Under the pieces are notes generated by a model. That model worked only from the letters and a program-made list of their open reading frames with translations. It searched no databases and was not told where the DNA came from. DNA of 64,000 nucleotides from Leptospiraceae bacterium (GTDB lineage Bacteria; Spirochaetota; Leptospiria; Leptospirales; Leptonemataceae). Both the position numbers and the translations under genes were made by a program. Below, piece by piece: positions 1 to 9,723 of this stretch. The stretch spans positions 640,001 to 704,000 of the forward strand of contig JAVJNR010000003.1 in assembly GCA_040217195.1 (NCBI GenBank), read 5' to 3'. The number at the start of each line of letters is the position of its first letter. The stretch's first letter is position 1.

Positions 1-195
1 CCCAGAAAATCATTGCCCGAGCCTGAACGACTTTCCAGAACTTTGCGTGCCTCCTGGCTTTTTTGAACTGAGGCGCTGGAAAGTGTGCTGAATTGCAGAT
101 CGATTTGCATGGGGAACTCCGGATATAGGTTGATGTTTTACGTATTCTGTTCGAAAATAGTGAGGAGGCGTCAATCGTTCCTCAGAGGTGACTTC

Positions 196-915
196 ATGAA
201 ATCAAAAATTACATCGTACCTGGCCATTTTAATTATCCTTTTGACCTCCGGTCCCGCATTTGCTCTGGGCACCTATGCCGAGGGTCGAGCGATTGTAAAA
301 GTAACTAAAATGGAAAGCCAGGGAATCTTCTTTAACTCCTTTGAAGGTGAGTTTGAAATTGCCACTTTCGACAAGACCGAGAAATGCGATATAGAAGATG
401 GCACCTGCTATACTCCAGGCAAGAAGGTAGTCAAATTCAGCATCGATAGCGATAATAAAGCGGTTTATCAGTTCATGATCGAAAATATGAATCGAGTGAT
501 GATCATCGATTATAAGATTCACAGGATTGAGCCCGTAGCACTCAAGACCTCCCTTGAGGTTCTGGGCGCGAAGGCACTATTACCAAAGCAACCGGAAAAC
601 TTTGTTCGCAGAAAGCGAGTAAGCCAATCGGGCACCCAGGGAAATAAATCGATCTACGGTAAGTTTCTAAAGCTGGAATATCGGGGCACAATGGTAGGAA
701 CCTACGAAGCTCTGGTGTACAACCGACAGACAGATAAGATTCTACCGGTGTCAATCTCCAATGAAACAATGGCTGCATATGTGAAAGAAGCCATGGGCTC
801 CAGTCAGGAGTATTATATAGGACTTTCCACCCAGCTTGTAGAAATGGTCTCAGATTCAAATATAGATGTCTTTGAAATCAACTACGATAAACCGGCGGAC
901 CTTGCCGGGGATTAA
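196..915 (+). CDS. Secreted protein, Leptospira Lsa26-like surface protein
   Basis: ATG at 196 after AGAGGTG RBS; signal peptide ending AFA; ALGTY.EG, FSI, IHRIEP, GTYE and FEINY motifs recalled from the Leptospira Lsa26 family (not verified). Confidence 0.6.
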   Translation: MKSKITSYLAILIILLTSGPAFALGTYAEGRAIVKVTKMESQGIFFNSFEGEFEIATFDKTEKCDIEDGTCYTPGKKVVKFSIDSDNKAVYQFMIENMNRVMIIDYKIHRIEPVALKTSLEVLGAKALLPKQPENFVRRKRVSQSGTQGNKSIYGKFLKLEYRGTMVGTYEALVYNRQTDKILPVSISNETMAAYVKEAMGSSQEYYIGLSTQLVEMVSDSNIDVFEINYDKPADLAGD

Positions 916-943
916 TTTAGATTCCATCGAGAGTACCGAATAT

Positions 944-973
944 AGAGGGCTCGCACTAAAATGCGGGCCCTTT
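944..973. terminator. Hairpin between convergent genes, probable intrinsic terminator
   Basis: agagggctcgca-ctaaaa-tgcgggcccttt stem (with G-U pairs). Confidence 0.6.
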
Positions 974-979
974 CTGAAC

Positions 980-1891
980 TCAATCCATCATCCAGACTAT
1001 ATCGGTCATTTCCGTTGTCACACCTAGCTGACGAAGTATGATACTCAATTGTCCTCGATGAAATGTTTGATGGTTGAAGAAATGAAAAAATGCGATTCGA
1101 ACATCCAGGTTTCTTTCGAGTCCATCTTCGTTACTCACATAGTTTAAAGTACTCTGCACCCTGGAAGGCTGAGAACCTGAAAAAAACTCAATGATATCCT
1201 GATCCATCCGACTGCGCTGAAGTTCAATCTCTGCGAAGCTCTGTAGATTATTGCCTTTGATTTCGGCCAGCTCCAGGATAGATTCCCCGGACAATCCAAA
1301 TCTATGAAGCCAGGTGGCATCGGTTTGAATCATATGATTCCAGAGTCCTCGAACGGTTTTGCGTCCTATCTCTACATCGTAATGGTTTTCATGCAGTTCT
1401 TTCGTAGCTTTTAGCATTCGATGATTGGCCCAGGCGTTGTAACGAGCCCATAATGCAGGACCTATAGTATCCATGGATTGGATTCGACTGCTTCCCAGGA
1501 TTCCATATTCTTCGTCTATCCGGGCCGCACGAACCATATACGAGCTGTACCAGGTTTCCTGGCCATTTTTCTGTGCCACCGTATGCTCGTTCACTGATTT
1601 CCAGGCGATAGCCGAGGCCCGATCCTTCCAGTAGGAAATCGTAATTCCCCTGCCGGAGTCATCCCGAACACTTTCAATGCCCAGATAGCCCGGTTGCAGT
1701 CTGGCCTGCTGCTCCATTCGATTGGCCATGGAGCCATATCCTTCCGGATCCGCAGAACTGCGCTGGTTGGAGAATATTATAGCGATGGCACCATTATTGG
1801 AGAGAATCGATGGAACGGGAAATTCCTGGGAGTCCATTCTCCAAAACCTCTGGGCCCGATGCACAGAAAATCCATTTTTGAGACCGGACAA
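980..1891 (-). CDS. Fusion of antibiotic-biosynthesis-monooxygenase (ABM) domain and DinB-family domain
   Basis: N-half QPGYLGIESVR..GITISYW..H..AQ..G..WY (ABM); C-half RYNAWAN..NH..D..WL.R..HFFNHQT.HRGQ (DinB His triad); start may be 1837. Confidence 0.8.
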   Translation of the reverse strand: MSGLKNGFSVHRAQRFWRMDSQEFPVPSILSNNGAIAIIFSNQRSSADPEGYGSMANRMEQQARLQPGYLGIESVRDDSGRGITISYWKDRASAIAWKSVNEHTVAQKNGQETWYSSYMVRAARIDEEYGILGSSRIQSMDTIGPALWARYNAWANHRMLKATKELHENHYDVEIGRKTVRGLWNHMIQTDATWLHRFGLSGESILELAEIKGNNLQSFAEIELQRSRMDQDIIEFFSGSQPSRVQSTLNYVSNEDGLERNLDVRIAFFHFFNHQTFHRGQLSIILRQLGVTTEMTDIVWMMD

Positions 1892-2063
1892 CTACTTTCT
1901 CGAATCGCTGCCCTTCGCGGATTACTGCGGCAAATTCAGCGAGTACTGGATCGGAGAGCAGAAATCAAAGGGCAATTGCCGCCCCGAAGAAAGAGGAAGC
2001 CAGACTGACCGATGAGGAAAGCTCTTGACGGCCCGTCCCCGGAGCAGGCATTGGATATTCAGC

Positions 2064-2137
2064 GCGGGTGTGGTGTAACGGTAGCACAATAGCCTTCCAA
2101 GCTCTTAGAGGGGGTTCGAGTCCCCTCACCCGCTCCA
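2064..2137 (+). tRNA. tRNA-Gly (TCC)
   Basis: gcgggtg/cacccgc acceptor stem, anticodon loop cttccaa, T-loop ttcgagt, encoded 3' CCA. Confidence 0.95.
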
Positions 2138-2159
2138 AGCCTTCCTTTTCTGGTTTCAT

Positions 2160-2213
2160 ATTTCACAGGCTCGTCTCACAATTGTAACAATTCCGGTATT
2201 TCTTTCTTATTAT
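2160..2213 (+). promoter_or_regulatory. Pho box array and -10 upstream of phoB
   Basis: Half-sites at 11-bp period (atttcac 2160, tcgtctc 2171, ttgtaac 2182, ccggtat 2193) then tattat at 2208; core caattgtaaca shared with the pstS promoter. Confidence 0.6.
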
Positions 2214-2262
2214 GGAGCAAGCACCGGCTCGACAGCCCGGATCCGCAAACCGGACACCTGCA

Positions 2263-2964
2263 ATGAAAGACAATGATGTAAGAGGCCTGAGAATTCTGGT
2301 CGTTGATGATGAAGAGGATATTTGTGATCTAATCCGATTCAATCTAGAAGAAGAAGGATACGTAGTGTCCGTTTCCAACAATGGAATGGATGCTCTAAAC
2401 AAAGTAGATAGAAACCTGCCCGATGCTATCATTCTGGATCTGATGATTCCAGGAATTAGCGGAATGGAGCTCTGCAAGAAAATCAAAAGCAAATATGATG
2501 TGCCAATCCTGATGGTCACAGCCAGAGCTGGAGAGACAGATGCAGTTCTGGGCCTGGAAATGGGTGCAGATGACTATATCCGCAAACCCTTCAGCCCCAG
2601 AGAGCTCATGGCCCGACTAAAAGCGGTTCTAAGACGGCTGGGTGCTGTTGTAGAGGATGCCCAGAGCGGCAATATGATCATCGGGCAGATCCAGATGAAT
2701 ACTGCAGCCCATCGAGTGGTCATTGGCGATAAACCAGTGGATCTCACATTGATTGAATACAAGCTACTCAAGCTCTTCATGGAGAATCCTGATATAGCAT
2801 TTTCCAGAGATCGGCTGCTGGACAGAGTCTGGGGACGAGATGTGTACGTCTCAGACCGTGCAGTAGATGTGAATATAAAACGATTGCGAGAAAAGCTTCT
2901 GGATGAGAAACAACGGCTGGAAACAGTCCGTGGTGTGGGGTATCGCTTCCGCGGTGAATCCTGA
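2263..2964 (+). CDS. phoB: OmpR/PhoB-family response regulator
   Basis: Receiver (VVDDE, LDLMIP, GADDYIRKPF) and winged helix (VDVNIKRLR, TVRGVGY); pst/phoU context; start moved to MKDND. Confidence 0.85.
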   Translation: MKDNDVRGLRILVVDDEEDICDLIRFNLEEEGYVVSVSNNGMDALNKVDRNLPDAIILDLMIPGISGMELCKKIKSKYDVPILMVTARAGETDAVLGLEMGADDYIRKPFSPRELMARLKAVLRRLGAVVEDAQSGNMIIGQIQMNTAAHRVVIGDKPVDLTLIEYKLLKLFMENPDIAFSRDRLLDRVWGRDVYVSDRAVDVNIKRLREKLLDEKQRLETVRGVGYRFRGES

Positions 2965-2988
2965 GCTACAGGGCTACCGCTCCGTTGA

Positions 2989-4383
2989 ATGAAAAGCATC
3001 TATGTTCGAATCTTACTGCTACCTGTATTTGTATATCTGGTAGTTGGAGCTGTTTTCTATTTCTCCATGGTAAAGCCAGGTCACTGGCAGGCCATGGAGT
3101 TTCTGGAAATATTTGCCATAACCGGCCTGGCTGTGATCACCGTCAGCGCTTACGTGGCCTATCAAATCACAAAACAGATCATCGATCCATTGCGATTTCT
3201 GCTCGAGAAGCTACAAAGATTTCCTCAAAACGGCCTGGGGCCGTATGTCAGATCCCGTATCCCCGAGATCGAAGGGATTCGCCAGAAATCCGAAGATCAT
3301 CTTAAGAGATTAAAATCCTATATTGGCGATCTCAGCCTGGAAAAGGAATTACTTCAGACTTTGCTGAATGGATTACAAGAAGGAGTCATCTGTATCAACC
3401 GAAAAGGGATCGTTGTATTTCAGAATCATAATCTTTCCGAGCATTTGATGGAAAGTGATTCCACCGGAAAGCCCTACTTCAAGGTAGTTAAAAACCATTA
3501 TCTCCTGGAGCAAATCCATGCAATAATCACTGGCAATAAGCCCATTCCGGACCCTTCGGATTTTCAGGCCAATCGAAAGCACTATCGCCTGGCATTCCAG
3601 CCTGTGGAGATGGAAAATGAGCCGGTCATGTATCTGGTTCTGGTAGTTGATATCACAAATGAAACCAATACCATGCGCCTCAGAGAAGACTTTCTTCAAA
3701 ACGCTTCCCATGAACTAAAAACTCCTATTACCAGCATTCGAGGATACGCAGAAACTCTAAGCCACAGGGCCACCGAAGATCATGAAATTAGATTTCTCCA
3801 GGCGATACTGCGAAACACCGAACGAATGGAACGAATCATTGAGGATATGGTTATCATCTCATCCATTGAGAGTCGGGCCTTTCCGTTTCAGCCAGTGACT
3901 ATGAAGCTGTCCAATTACCTGGAACAATTGCGTCCTCTGGTTCTTGGAAATCTGGAACGAAAGTCCCAGACTCTGGAAATTCAAATTTCCATGGAAGACT
4001 GCACCGTACATGCAGATCCACTTCTGCTGGAGCATCTGTTCGTAAACCTGATTGCAAATGCCAGCCGACATAGCCCGGAAGGTAGCACCATTGAGGTATG
4101 GGCCGAATCAGAAAGCGATACACATGTACTGATTACCGTGGCCGACCGTGGCCCGGGCATCCCTCCGGATCTGGTGGAGAAAATCTTCGAACGTTTTTTC
4201 CGGGCGGATAGAAACCGAGCCCGAACGGAAGGTGGTACCGGGCTGGGGCTGTCCATAGTAAGACAGATTACCAGGATCCATGGCGGTAAGACCTGGGCTG
4301 AAAACCGACCTGCAGGCGGAGCAGCCTTCAAGATCCGATTGCCAATCCGGGTGCCGGCCCTGTCTACTTCTACCACCGATTAG
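2989..4383 (+). CDS. phoR: Sensor histidine kinase (2 TM, PAS-like, HisKA, HATPase)
   Basis: ASHELKTPITSIRGYAETL H-box; NA, DRGPGI, FERFFR, GGTGLGL boxes; follows phoB. Confidence 0.85.
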   Translation: MKSIYVRILLLPVFVYLVVGAVFYFSMVKPGHWQAMEFLEIFAITGLAVITVSAYVAYQITKQIIDPLRFLLEKLQRFPQNGLGPYVRSRIPEIEGIRQKSEDHLKRLKSYIGDLSLEKELLQTLLNGLQEGVICINRKGIVVFQNHNLSEHLMESDSTGKPYFKVVKNHYLLEQIHAIITGNKPIPDPSDFQANRKHYRLAFQPVEMENEPVMYLVLVVDITNETNTMRLREDFLQNASHELKTPITSIRGYAETLSHRATEDHEIRFLQAILRNTERMERIIEDMVIISSIESRAFPFQPVTMKLSNYLEQLRPLVLGNLERKSQTLEIQISMEDCTVHADPLLLEHLFVNLIANASRHSPEGSTIEVWAESESDTHVLITVADRGPGIPPDLVEKIFERFFRADRNRARTEGGTGLGLSIVRQITRIHGGKTWAENRPAGGAAFKIRLPIRVPALSTSTTD

Positions 4384-4454
4384 AAACTACCGGAAGGAAT
4401 CACCTGGAGCTGTATTTCCATAGCCAGAATTGGCCGGGCCCACAACCCTGGACC

Positions 4455-5066
4455 ATGTATTGTAGCCAGTTTAAGAAGCCTGCTCCATCGGCACTTTTTT
4501 TTGCGCGACGACTCTTTCTGATTTCGGCCCTGGCCTGGGCATTTCTTTTCCAGGCTGGCTGCGAAGTAGAACCGGCTAACGATGGTTTTTGTGGAATCAT
4601 ACCTAAAAAATTGGAGGCTGCGCTTAGCTACGGAACATCACTATATCTGGGTCTCATGCCCAATGAGGCCTTTTTACAAGAGGAACAAGATCGGGATGTG
4701 CGAAGGATCCCGCCTGTAGAAGTTCGAGAGGATGTACAGGCCATCGATGCAGTTGTGGACGGACGATGTGCTTTTTCAATATTCGAAGAAAGCTCTGTGG
4801 CAGACCGAGCGGAGCTAAAGGACCTAAAATCCGCCCAGCTTTTGTATGGAAATCCGGAATCTGCAGTCTTTAGAGTGTATTTTAATCCATTTGCTCTTCG
4901 CAGCGAAGAGTCCAGGACAATGACCCTTGAGTATCTCAGCACTCTCTGGAGCGATGAATTTCAAGATAAACTTGAGTTCTATGGCTTGAAGCCTGTGCCC
5001 GAAGAACTAAGAGAGCAGGTGCGCCAGGAGCTTCCGGTTTACCTGAAAGCGCCTGAGCCCCGGTAA
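4455..5066 (+). CDS. Hypothetical lipoprotein, partial periplasmic-binding-protein-like
   Basis: Hydrophobic stretch ending QAGC; C-terminus WSDEFQDKLEFYGLKPV resembles PBP2/PstS-type C-terminal helix. Confidence 0.5.
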   Translation: MYCSQFKKPAPSALFFARRLFLISALAWAFLFQAGCEVEPANDGFCGIIPKKLEAALSYGTSLYLGLMPNEAFLQEEQDRDVRRIPPVEVREDVQAIDAVVDGRCAFSIFEESSVADRAELKDLKSAQLLYGNPESAVFRVYFNPFALRSEESRTMTLEYLSTLWSDEFQDKLEFYGLKPVPEELREQVRQELPVYLKAPEPR

Positions 5067-5268
5067 GAATCGGTGTATCGCAGAGCCAGTTGCCTCATAC
5101 TCACATCTGAACCCACCTGGTTAGTCCAAAGAGCCCATGGCGATTAGTCCGCCGCACCAGGATCCTTTTTGACGTGCCGATCAGGAGAAATGCGATTGCA
5201 GCACGGATCTCCAGACAAGAGGCCCCCGGCAGGGCTCATACTGTCTGGTCTGATTTCTTAGAGTGAAA

Positions 5269-6078
5269 TTAACCAAATCGTCCGGTGATGTAGTCCTCGG
5301 TGAGTTTCTCAGCCGGATTCGTGAATATCTTGAAAGTAGAATCGTATTCGATCAATTTTCCTTGATAGAATAATGCAGTAAAGTCTCCGATTCGCGCCGC
5401 CTGTTGCATATTATGCGTTACGATAATGATTGTGTAGTTTTTCTTAAGCTCCAGAATGAGCTCTTCGATCTTGTTGGTGGAAATTGGGTCCAGGGATGCT
5501 GTGGGCTCATCCATGAGAAGCACTTCCGGCTGCATAGCAATCGCTCGAGCGATGCAGAGTCTCTGTTGCTGGCCGCCAGAAAGACTGTAGGCAGACTCCT
5601 GAAGCTTGTCCTTTACTTCATCCCAGAGATAGGATTTCTTGAGAGCTTCTTCTACCAGCTCTTCCAGGTTGCCGGTATATCCGTTGATTCGCGGACCCAG
5701 GGCAATGTTTTCATGTATGGTCTTGGGAAATGGATTGGGACTTTGAAAGACCATACCAACCCGAAGTCGAATCTCCACAGGATCCACATCATGAGCAAAG
5801 ATATTGAGCCCATCCAAAAGCACCTTACCTTCTGCGCGAGCCCCTTCTACGAAGTCGTTCATTCGATTCAGTGTGCGAAGAAATGTGGATTTTCCACAAC
5901 CTGACGGTCCGATCAATGCCGTAACACGCTGCTTGTAGATTTCCAGGTCCAGTTCAGTAATTGCCTGAAAGGTATCGTAGAAGATATTCAGCTTATCAGT
6001 CTTAAAAATGATCTCGCGAGGACCTTCCTCTTCGGAATTGTTCGCACTCACCTGGAAATTAATATCGTTTTCTGCCAT
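5269..6078 (-). CDS. pstB: Phosphate ABC transporter ATP-binding protein
   Basis: [37 protein letters not shown]. Confidence 0.97.
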   Translation of the reverse strand: MAENDINFQVSANNSEEEGPREIIFKTDKLNIFYDTFQAITELDLEIYKQRVTALIGPSGCGKSTFLRTLNRMNDFVEGARAEGKVLLDGLNIFAHDVDPVEIRLRVGMVFQSPNPFPKTIHENIALGPRINGYTGNLEELVEEALKKSYLWDEVKDKLQESAYSLSGGQQQRLCIARAIAMQPEVLLMDEPTASLDPISTNKIEELILELKKNYTIIIVTHNMQQAARIGDFTALFYQGKLIEYDSTFKIFTNPAEKLTEDYITGRFG

Positions 6079-6091
6079 GTTCTTTGCCGAT

Positions 6092-6973
6092 TCAGGAATG
6101 TAGATAACTCAGTTTCTTTCTAAAATACAGTCTGAGATAGATGGCCGCAGCGTTCATCATTAGAAGCGCAACCAGCAGCACTATAATAGCCGACCCTGCA
6201 ATTGCATGAAACTCTTCCTGAGGTCGGGAAGTCCAGTTATAGATTTGAATAGGAAGTACAGTATATCCGTCCATTGGACTGATGGGCAGATAGGCGATAA
6301 AGCCCGCAGCCCCCACCAGAAGGAGCGGAGCCGATTCCCCGATAGCTCTGGAAAGAGCCAGAATAATGCCAGTGAAGATTCCTGGAGAGGCAACCGGCAG
6401 AACCTGGTATCTTACAACCTGCCAGCGAGTCATACCAATACCGTAACCGGCCAGGCGAAAGGAATCAGGAACGGCCCGAAGAGCCTCCTGGGCTGCGATG
6501 GTGATTACTGGCAGCACCAACAATGCCATGGTAAGGGAGCCTGCAAGCAGGCTCTGACCCAGGTTCAGGGCATTCACAAAAAGAGTAACTCCCAGAATAC
6601 CATAGATAATGGAAGGCACGCCTGCCAGGTTCTGGATGTTGAGTTTGATAAATCTGACGAAGCGAGTGTTACGAGCGTATTCTTCCAGATAAATGGCCGC
6701 TCCCAGTCCCATAGGGATGGCAAACAGTGCAGTAAGAAACATCAGCCATAGAGTTCCCACAATCGCAGAGCTTATGCCTGCCTTTTCTGGTCGCGGGTTG
6801 GCCGGGGAGCTAAGAAAATCCAGGCTGATGCCAGCAGCCCCGGATATAATCAGATCCAGCAGAAGGTAGCCTAAAAAGAACAGAGCTATGGTATTCGCCA
6901 CAAAGCAGGTGAACTGAAAAATCAGTCCGTAAATCTGGTATCTGCGGGAGCGAGCAGGATCGAAGGATTTCAC
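6092..6973 (-). CDS. pstA: Phosphate ABC transporter permease
   Basis: [29 protein letters not shown]. Confidence 0.95.
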   Translation of the reverse strand: MKSFDPARSRRYQIYGLIFQFTCFVANTIALFFLGYLLLDLIISGAAGISLDFLSSPANPRPEKAGISSAIVGTLWLMFLTALFAIPMGLGAAIYLEEYARNTRFVRFIKLNIQNLAGVPSIIYGILGVTLFVNALNLGQSLLAGSLTMALLVLPVITIAAQEALRAVPDSFRLAGYGIGMTRWQVVRYQVLPVASPGIFTGIILALSRAIGESAPLLLVGAAGFIAYLPISPMDGYTVLPIQIYNWTSRPQEEFHAIAGSAIIVLLVALLMMNAAAIYLRLYFRKKLSYLHS

Positions 6974-7938
6974 TGATAAACCTCCCGGAACCTGCGGACA
7001 ATTCGTGTGGCCATAAAATTAAAGCCAAAGGTTAAAACAAACAAAGTCAGACCTATGGCGTAACGAGTGAAGTATTCAATGCTTCCAGCGGAGGCATCGC
7101 CCAGAGATATCTGAACAATAAATGCAGTCATGGTTTGAATACCCTGGAGGTAGTCCCATGTAGTCGTGGGAGTGGCACCGGCGGCCAGGGTTACAGCCAT
7201 GGTCTCTCCAACGGCCCGGGCGAATGCCAGAATAAACGATGCAACTATGCCACTAACGGCAGCAGGGATAATAATCTTGGTAACAACGTGGAATCGGCTC
7301 ATGCCCAGGGCATAGCCTGCATTCTTGATGGTAACCGGAACAACTCGCAGAGAATCAGAAGACATAGAAGATACCATCGGTAGAATGCTAATACCAACTA
7401 CGATGGAAGCAGACATGGCATTAAAAACCTGAACGGTGTCTTCGCCAAAAAGAGTCTTAAGAATCGGAGTAACTGTTACCAGAGCAAAGTAACCATAAAC
7501 TACGGTAGGGATTCCGCCCAGAATTTCCACCACCGGTGTGGCAATCTCTCTAAACCAGGAAGGAGAGTATTGGGTAAGATAGATAGCAGTACCCAATCCG
7601 AAGGGAATGGCCACTGCACTGGCACCGAAGGCAATCATTAGCGTGCCACTTAGAAGCGGCAAGACGCCAAACTTCTTATCATGTCCAAAGGGCTCCCACT
7701 GGGTGCCCGTTATGAAGTCAATGAAGCTAACTTCCTGGAAAAAGCCATACGCATCTGATACAAGTATATAGATGATCAGTCCGGTAATCGCCACCGTAGT
7801 TCCACCCAGGATCCTAAGGATCCAGCGGATAGTTCTCTCTCCCAGGGCCTTGGAGGGCTTTTGCCCATAGCGCGCAAAAACCCTCTTTCGGTCTCCCTGG
7901 ACTGCCTCTACCAGGATTTCCAGGTTGTTATCGTTCAT
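6970..7938 (-). CDS. pstC: Phosphate ABC transporter permease
   Basis: GIPTVVYG, ARAVGETMAV. Confidence 0.95.
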   Translation of the reverse strand: MNDNNLEILVEAVQGDRKRVFARYGQKPSKALGERTIRWILRILGGTTVAITGLIIYILVSDAYGFFQEVSFIDFITGTQWEPFGHDKKFGVLPLLSGTLMIAFGASAVAIPFGLGTAIYLTQYSPSWFREIATPVVEILGGIPTVVYGYFALVTVTPILKTLFGEDTVQVFNAMSASIVVGISILPMVSSMSSDSLRVVPVTIKNAGYALGMSRFHVVTKIIIPAAVSGIVASFILAFARAVGETMAVTLAAGATPTTTWDYLQGIQTMTAFIVQISLGDASAGSIEYFTRYAIGLTLFVLTFGFNFMATRIVRRFREVYQ

Positions 7939-7951
7939 CTAGAGTCAGCCG

Positions 7952-8938
7952 TCAGTCAGCGTAGAGGCTCTCCACAGGTTTGCCCATCAGATCCACATCT
8001 TTCAGAACGCTACCGGTTTCCATATTCTTGAAGTGACTCTGGATATTTGCATAGGCTTCTGCGGACAGTGGAATATAGCCTACCTGCTTGGACAGCTCGG
8101 CAACATTGGCCAGGTAGAAATCTACGAAAGTTTTAACATGTTCCTTTTTCGCTGAAGCTTCGGATACATAGATCAGAAGTGGCCTGGACAGAGGAGAATA
8201 GGTTCCTCTTTTCACAGTCTCCAGGCTGGGCTGTACCGCTTCGCCGCTGCGAGGATTAACGATAGGTACCAGTTTCAAAGAGTCTTTGTTTTCTTCGTAA
8301 TAAGCAAAGCCAAAGAAACCAACACCGTTCTTGTCACCGGAAATTCCGCGAACCAGAGTGTTGTCATCTTCACTGAACAGTGCATCAGATCTTACCTGGC
8401 CGCCTTTTCCAATGATTGCTTCAATAAAATAATCGAAAGTTCCGGAGTCTTTTCCTGGAGAATAGGCTTTGATTTCCTCTTCTGGCCAGCCCTCACGAAC
8501 TTCATTCCAGGTCTTGGCTGGATTCTCGGACTGAAAGATCTTCTTCAGTTCATCTACGGTAAGCTTATCTACAAAATCGTTGTCTGGATTTACCAGCACA
8601 GCCAGGCCATCATAGGCTACTGGAATTTCGATAAATTTGATGCCCGCTGCATCACATTTTTCCATTTCATCGGATTTGATGACTCGGGAAGCGTCGGAGA
8701 TGTCGGTTTTACCTGAGCAGAATTTCTTGAATCCGCCGCCGGTGCCACTTACTCCCACAGTTACATGGATATCTCCGGATTGTTCCTGAAATGCAGAGGC
8801 CACGGCTTCTGTAATTGGATACACGGTGCTGGATCCATCGATCTCCACCATGATTCTCTCCTTGCAGGATGCAAAGGAGAAGGTTGATATCAGAGCCAGT
8901 CCCAGCCCTGCCTTTAAAAAAGTTCGATTCATTTGCAT
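7952..8938 (-). CDS. pstS: Phosphate-binding lipoprotein
   Basis: IDGSSTVYP, SGTGGGFKKF, DSGTFDYF, YSPLSRPL; lipobox FASC. Confidence 0.95.
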   Translation of the reverse strand: MQMNRTFLKAGLGLALISTFSFASCKERIMVEIDGSSTVYPITEAVASAFQEQSGDIHVTVGVSGTGGGFKKFCSGKTDISDASRVIKSDEMEKCDAAGIKFIEIPVAYDGLAVLVNPDNDFVDKLTVDELKKIFQSENPAKTWNEVREGWPEEEIKAYSPGKDSGTFDYFIEAIIGKGGQVRSDALFSEDDNTLVRGISGDKNGVGFFGFAYYEENKDSLKLVPIVNPRSGEAVQPSLETVKRGTYSPLSRPLLIYVSEASAKKEHVKTFVDFYLANVAELSKQVGYIPLSAEAYANIQSHFKNMETGSVLKDVDLMGKPVESLYAD

Positions 8939-8965
8939 AGTAACTCCTGAGAATGCAGCAATTGT

Positions 8966-8986
8966 ATTACGGATATGTTACAATTG
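8966..8986 (-). promoter_or_regulatory. Pho box upstream of pstS
   Basis: Minus strand caa-ttgtaac-atat-ccgtaat: two 7-bp half-sites with a 4-bp AT spacer. Confidence 0.7.
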
Positions 8987-9100
8987 CATTGCGACCGTCA
9001 CAATCCTGCCCGGACAGGCTCTTCTTTCCGCCCTAATTGGCCCAGACAATTCTCGCTTGACCTACTGGATTTTTCTTACCTCGATGTCCAGTAGAAAGCC

Positions 9101-9700
9101 ATGATCCAAAAGCAATTAGAAGAACTGAAAGAGCACGTTAGCCTGATGGCCCGCCGGGCGGAGGCCATTCTGGACATGGCTCTGGAAACCCTGGAGAAGC
9201 GGGAAGAAACCCTTTTTCAGAAGACTGTATCTATGGACAGAGAGCTTAATGCCATGGAAATCCAGATGGATGAAAAATGTATGCGTCTTCTGGCGCTTCA
9301 GGAGCCGTTTGCCCTGGATTTTCGTTATATCTTCAGTGCAATCAAAACCACCAGGGATCTGGAACGAATCGGAGATGAATCCAAGACTATTGCTCGATGG
9401 AGTCTCCGTCTTCCCGGTGGCCAGGTGAGCGAGGATCTTCATACTCTGGCCTCCAAGGCCAGAGAAGCGCTGAAGGAAGCGGCCCAGGCTCTGGTAAATT
9501 CAGATCTGGACTCCGCCAATCGAGTCCTTCAGCTGGAACTGGAAGTAGATGCAATTGAAGAAAAGATTCTGGAGGTCTCCACAGATATCTCCCAGGCGCT
9601 CATCGTTCGGGCCATGGAAAGAATCGGTGATCTCTCTACCAACATTGCAGAAAACGTAATTTTCTCAGTCAAAGCGCAAGATATTCGCCACTCCACCTGA
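9101..9700 (+). CDS. phoU: Phosphate signalling complex protein PhoU
   Basis: LALQEP.A.DFR, DLERIGD, MERIGD..TNIAENV; divergent from pstS. Confidence 0.92.
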   Translation: MIQKQLEELKEHVSLMARRAEAILDMALETLEKREETLFQKTVSMDRELNAMEIQMDEKCMRLLALQEPFALDFRYIFSAIKTTRDLERIGDESKTIARWSLRLPGGQVSEDLHTLASKAREALKEAAQALVNSDLDSANRVLQLELEVDAIEEKILEVSTDISQALIVRAMERIGDLSTNIAENVIFSVKAQDIRHST

Positions 9701-9723
9701 TCGTAGCAGGCTCCGGCCTATTC

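Noticed and set aside
1965..2159. 64-aa minus-strand ORF
   Set aside because: Antisense shadow of tRNA-Gly
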